A DNA stretch of 62,976 nucleotides, the filler included, from Octopus bimaculoides (taxonomy: Eukaryota), in the NCBI RefSeq assembly GCF_001194135.2. It is 6 parts of 5 records of this genome, joined end to end, with 100 filler letters (N's around TTAATTAATTAA, not from the genome) between each part and the next. Parts side by side here need not be neighbours in the genome. Positions count along the whole stretch, not along the records: positions 57,462 to 61,728 come from NC_068996.1; positions 61,829 to 62,976 come from NW_026330219.1; 4 more parts are not named here. One strand, 5' to 3'. Positions within the stretch are counted from its first letter, which is position 1. Every line of letters begins with the position of its first letter. Shown here one piece after another: positions 59,540 through 62,976 of this stretch. A model generated the notes under the pieces. The model made no database searches. It saw only the letters and a list, made by a program, of their open reading frames with translations, and had not been told where the DNA came from. The position numbers and the translations under genes were made by a program.

Positions 59540-59900
59540 AAATGACATGATTCCTGGGAGCGACAGTTACAAGTTTTATTTAAGGATTTAGTAGTGGTAC
59601 TCCTATCTGCAATATCAATACTACAATTTGTTTCACTAGAATCTGGCTCCATAGGATCTTTATTTAAACTATAACTAATATTATTACTAAGTTTATATCT
59701 ATTATTTGCAGCTATAATTGAGCCTAAATTTGGAGTTGTCGAGTATGACAATTTCAAACAATGTTTATTGAAAATTGAGTGGTATTTATGTCCTTGGGGG
59801 AAGTTTTTCTCAACACTCTTATAAAATAATTTAGGGAGGTTCCTAATTTGAATGGGAAAAAGGTGGATTGAACCAAATTATATCCCATTTCCTAAATTTC
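59540..59900 (-). mobile_element. PLE linker fragment of the same type as 50740-51175
   Basis: FNPPFS ... KHCLKLSYSTTPNLGSIIAANNRYKL ... KTCNCRSQESCHL, the linker and Cys-rich motif that precede the GIY-YIG domain. Confidence 0.8.
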
Positions 59901-61325
59901 TTATCATTTTTATTAGTCATAACAGTCAGCCTTTAATTCATGTTTTTAAAACCATATATATTTCTATATTTTTATCATCTTTGTCTTAATATAAATATGT
60001 GGTTATTTGAATGGAATAATATCTCATGTCATACATCTGAATTATGAATTTGATTGTCTGAATGTTTAAGACTAATATCTGAAATTTTTAACTTATACCA
60101 AATTTGATTAATCTTTAGCACATATACGAGTGAAACAACAGTTGTACTATATACTGGAGCTTTATCTTCATTAAAATTCTTGTATTCTATATATATATAT
60201 ATNNNNNNNNNNNNNNNNATATATACATGGGAGAATTTACGAAAAAAACAACAGACGAAGACAGGTGGTGTAAACAACAAATGGATATATTAGTTTAACG
60301 CTCGGGAATAGAGAAAGTCTTTAATGTTTCGAGCTACGCTCTTCAACTAAAAGGAACACAGAAAGAAATAAGGAGAGAAACAAGGAGAAAAAATATATAA
60401 ATGTAGTGGTCAGCGATCTATCATGGCGAATATATATATATATGATGGGCTTCTTTCAGTTTCTATTTAACAAATCCACTCACAAGGGTTCTAGTGGAAG
60501 ACACTTGCCTGAGGTACCACACAGTGGGACTGAACCCAGAACCATGTGATTGAGTAGCAATCTTCTTACCACAGAACCAGAAAGAGAGAGTGAAAGTGAG
60601 ATACACTAAACAGTGGAAAGGCAGGTTAAGACAACTTGAAATGTTAGACAAACACCTTTAGTAAACATACAATTTAGCATCACTGTGGAAAATAAGCACA
60701 ACCGTTACACCACAGGCTTTACGTTAGAGGGAAGAAAGAGGTAACATTCCCTTTTTCTGTGCACTGTTGTTTAAAACTTGTGGCCTAACAACTGTGTTTA
60801 CTTTACAGAGTGATGCTAAATTGTATGTTTACAAAAGGTTTGCCTTACATTTCAGATAATTCGAAAAAGAAAACAAAAAAAAACGAAGCATGTATAATGC
60901 ACTATTTAATTACTTCATATGTATATGTGGTATGTGCATTTATATATGTATGTATGTATGCATCTTTCATCATCTATCTTTTATATGTTTCAGTCAGTAG
61001 ACTGAGGCCATACTGGGGCACCGCCTTGAAGAATTTTTAGTTGAATGAATTGATTGTAGAGCTTATTTTTTTCAAGCCTTGTGCTTATATTTATTGGTCT
61101 CTTTTTTTTTTGCCAGACCACTAAGTTGCAGGGATGTAAACACACCAACATTGGCTGTCATGTGGTTAATGAGACAAACACAGACACAAAGACACACACA
61201 TATATGATAGGCATCTTTTCACTTTCCATCTACCAAATCTGCTCACAAATCTTTGATTAGCCCAAGGCTAAAGTAGGAGACAATTCAGATAATTCTAAAA
61301 AAGAAAACAAAAACAAAAAGCATGT

Positions 61326-61375
<50 letters not shown>

Positions 61376-61829
61376 AACCTTGGGAGAGGCATTATGCCAG
61401 TAATAAACACACGCACTGGTTCAATCCTTTATTCATTTATAAACAGTATTTAGTGTTTTTGTTTTTTTTGTAAAATCATTTCATTGCACTCTTGCAATCT
61501 CTTCAGTAACCCATCTCTCCACTTCCATTTATATATATCTATATATATATATGTACTACTCTCTTTTACTTGTTTCAGTCATTTGACTGCGACCATGCTG
61601 AAGCATCACCTTTAGTCAAACAAATCGACCCCAGGACTTATTCTTTGTAAGCCTAGTACTTATTCTATCGGCCTCTTTTGCTGAACGACTAAGTTACGGG
61701 GATGTAAATACACCAGCATCGGTTGTCANNNNNNNNNNNNNNNNNNNNNNNNNNNNNNNNNNNNNNNNNNNNTTAATTAATTAANNNNNNNNNNNNNNNN
61801 NNNNNNNNNNNNNNNNNNNNNNNNNNNNT

Positions 61830-62000
61830 AAAAGCACCCGCTACACTCTCGGAGTGGTTGGCGTTAGGAAGGGCATCCGGCTGAAGAAACTCTGCCAAAT
61901 GAGATTGGACCATTGTGTAGCCATCTGGTTCGCCAGTCCTCAGTCAAATCGTCCAACCCATGCTAGCATGAAAGGCGGACGTTAAACGATGATGATGATA
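61830..62000 (+). mobile_element. SINE family E
   Basis: Matches 57540-57720. Confidence 0.85.
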
Positions 62001-62500
62001 TATAAGAATTACTATAATATTAGGGATAAAAATCCTAATTTACAGGTAAAAATTCAATTTATCAAAATTAAAATTTAATTAAATTTCACAATATATAATA
62101 TATAAATATACAATTTAGAGAAAAAACCCACAATTCTTGAATTCATCCATGAAAATCTAGTCACATATAGAAAAATTTAATAAGTAAATACACCTATAAT
62201 AAAAATACAAAGTAATAAATATTAAAATAATAAAACGACTACATGTGTTTCATAACCACATTTTCAAGTACAAAATAAAATAAAAATCAAATCGATTCAA
62301 AATAAATCGATCGAAAATCAAATCGATTCAAAATAAATCAATCGAAAATCAATTCTATTCAAAAATACAGCTAATCTTCGGGTCAAAATATAACAACAAT
62401 AATAATAATAAAATGACCGTATATATATCAACTAACAATAAATAACAAAGTATATAAAAATACTTATTTTACCAATAAATAAAAGAAAAACATTTAACAA

Positions 62501-62642
62501 TATTACTGAAAATAAATGCAATACTTATCTTATTGAAGCTTTAGTTTAAACTAAAATTTTAAACATTATACTATTACTGAAAATAAATGCAATACTTATC
62601 TTATCGAAGCTTTAGTTTAAACTAAAATTTTAAACATTATAC
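62501..62642. repeat. 71-bp tandem duplication in an extremely AT-rich tract
   Basis: TATTACTGAAAATAAATGCAATACTTATCTTAT.GAAGCTTTAGTTTAAACTAAAATTTTAAACATTATAC occurs twice. Confidence 0.95.
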
Positions 62643-62976
62643 TATTAACTTAGCGTTTATTAGAATTAAGTCTCGTGAAAATATGGCGTAGAGAAAAGTA
62701 TTAGAATAAAGGGATATATAAACATGAAAGAAAGTTTTATTTATAAAATCAAGAATAAAAATTTTATTTATAAAATCAAAATATATTATAGCTTAAATCA
62801 TAATAAAAAAAATTAACTGTATTATAAACATTTTCAGGAAATTTTAAAATCTAAGTAACTTTAGAGTCTACAGAATAAAAACTAAAATACTATAAATTAA
62901 TAGATTTACATTAAATAAATTAATTGATTAAAATATTTATATTATTTATTTTATAAAAATCATAGTATCATTTAAT

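Noticed and set aside
60311-60356. Hammerhead-like TTGAAGAGCGTAGCTCGAAAC on the minus strand
   Set aside because: The core has C3U, stem II pairs poorly and stems I/III are not convincing. At most a decayed pLTR relic.

Overview
Repeat-dominated, AT-rich animal genomic DNA. The SINE families and dense microsatellites suggest an octopus or other coleoid cephalopod; this is inference from remembered repeat consensuses, not a search. There are many N gaps. Five identical 100-bp artificial spacers (44 N + TTAATTAATTAA + 44 N) split the window into six pieces whose adjacency is not shown by sequence. The one confidently recognisable host-gene segment is a 218-bp exon (48483-48700, +) of an aquaglyceroporin. 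Its selectivity filter is atypical: NPA-L-D instead of NPA-R-D, plus Pro and Ala at two other filter positions. The rest is mostly mobile DNA: several Penelope-like retroelement (PLE) fragments, some with hammerhead-ribozyme motifs; a cluster of R4/Dong-like non-LTR elements in (TAA)n tracts; a Chapaev-like transposase remnant; a pogo/Tigger element; hAT, mariner and Kolobok-like non-autonomous elements, including a clean nested insertion; and many SINEs. A few unidentified candidate exons are reported at low confidence. No rRNA, tRNA gene or CRISPR array is supported.
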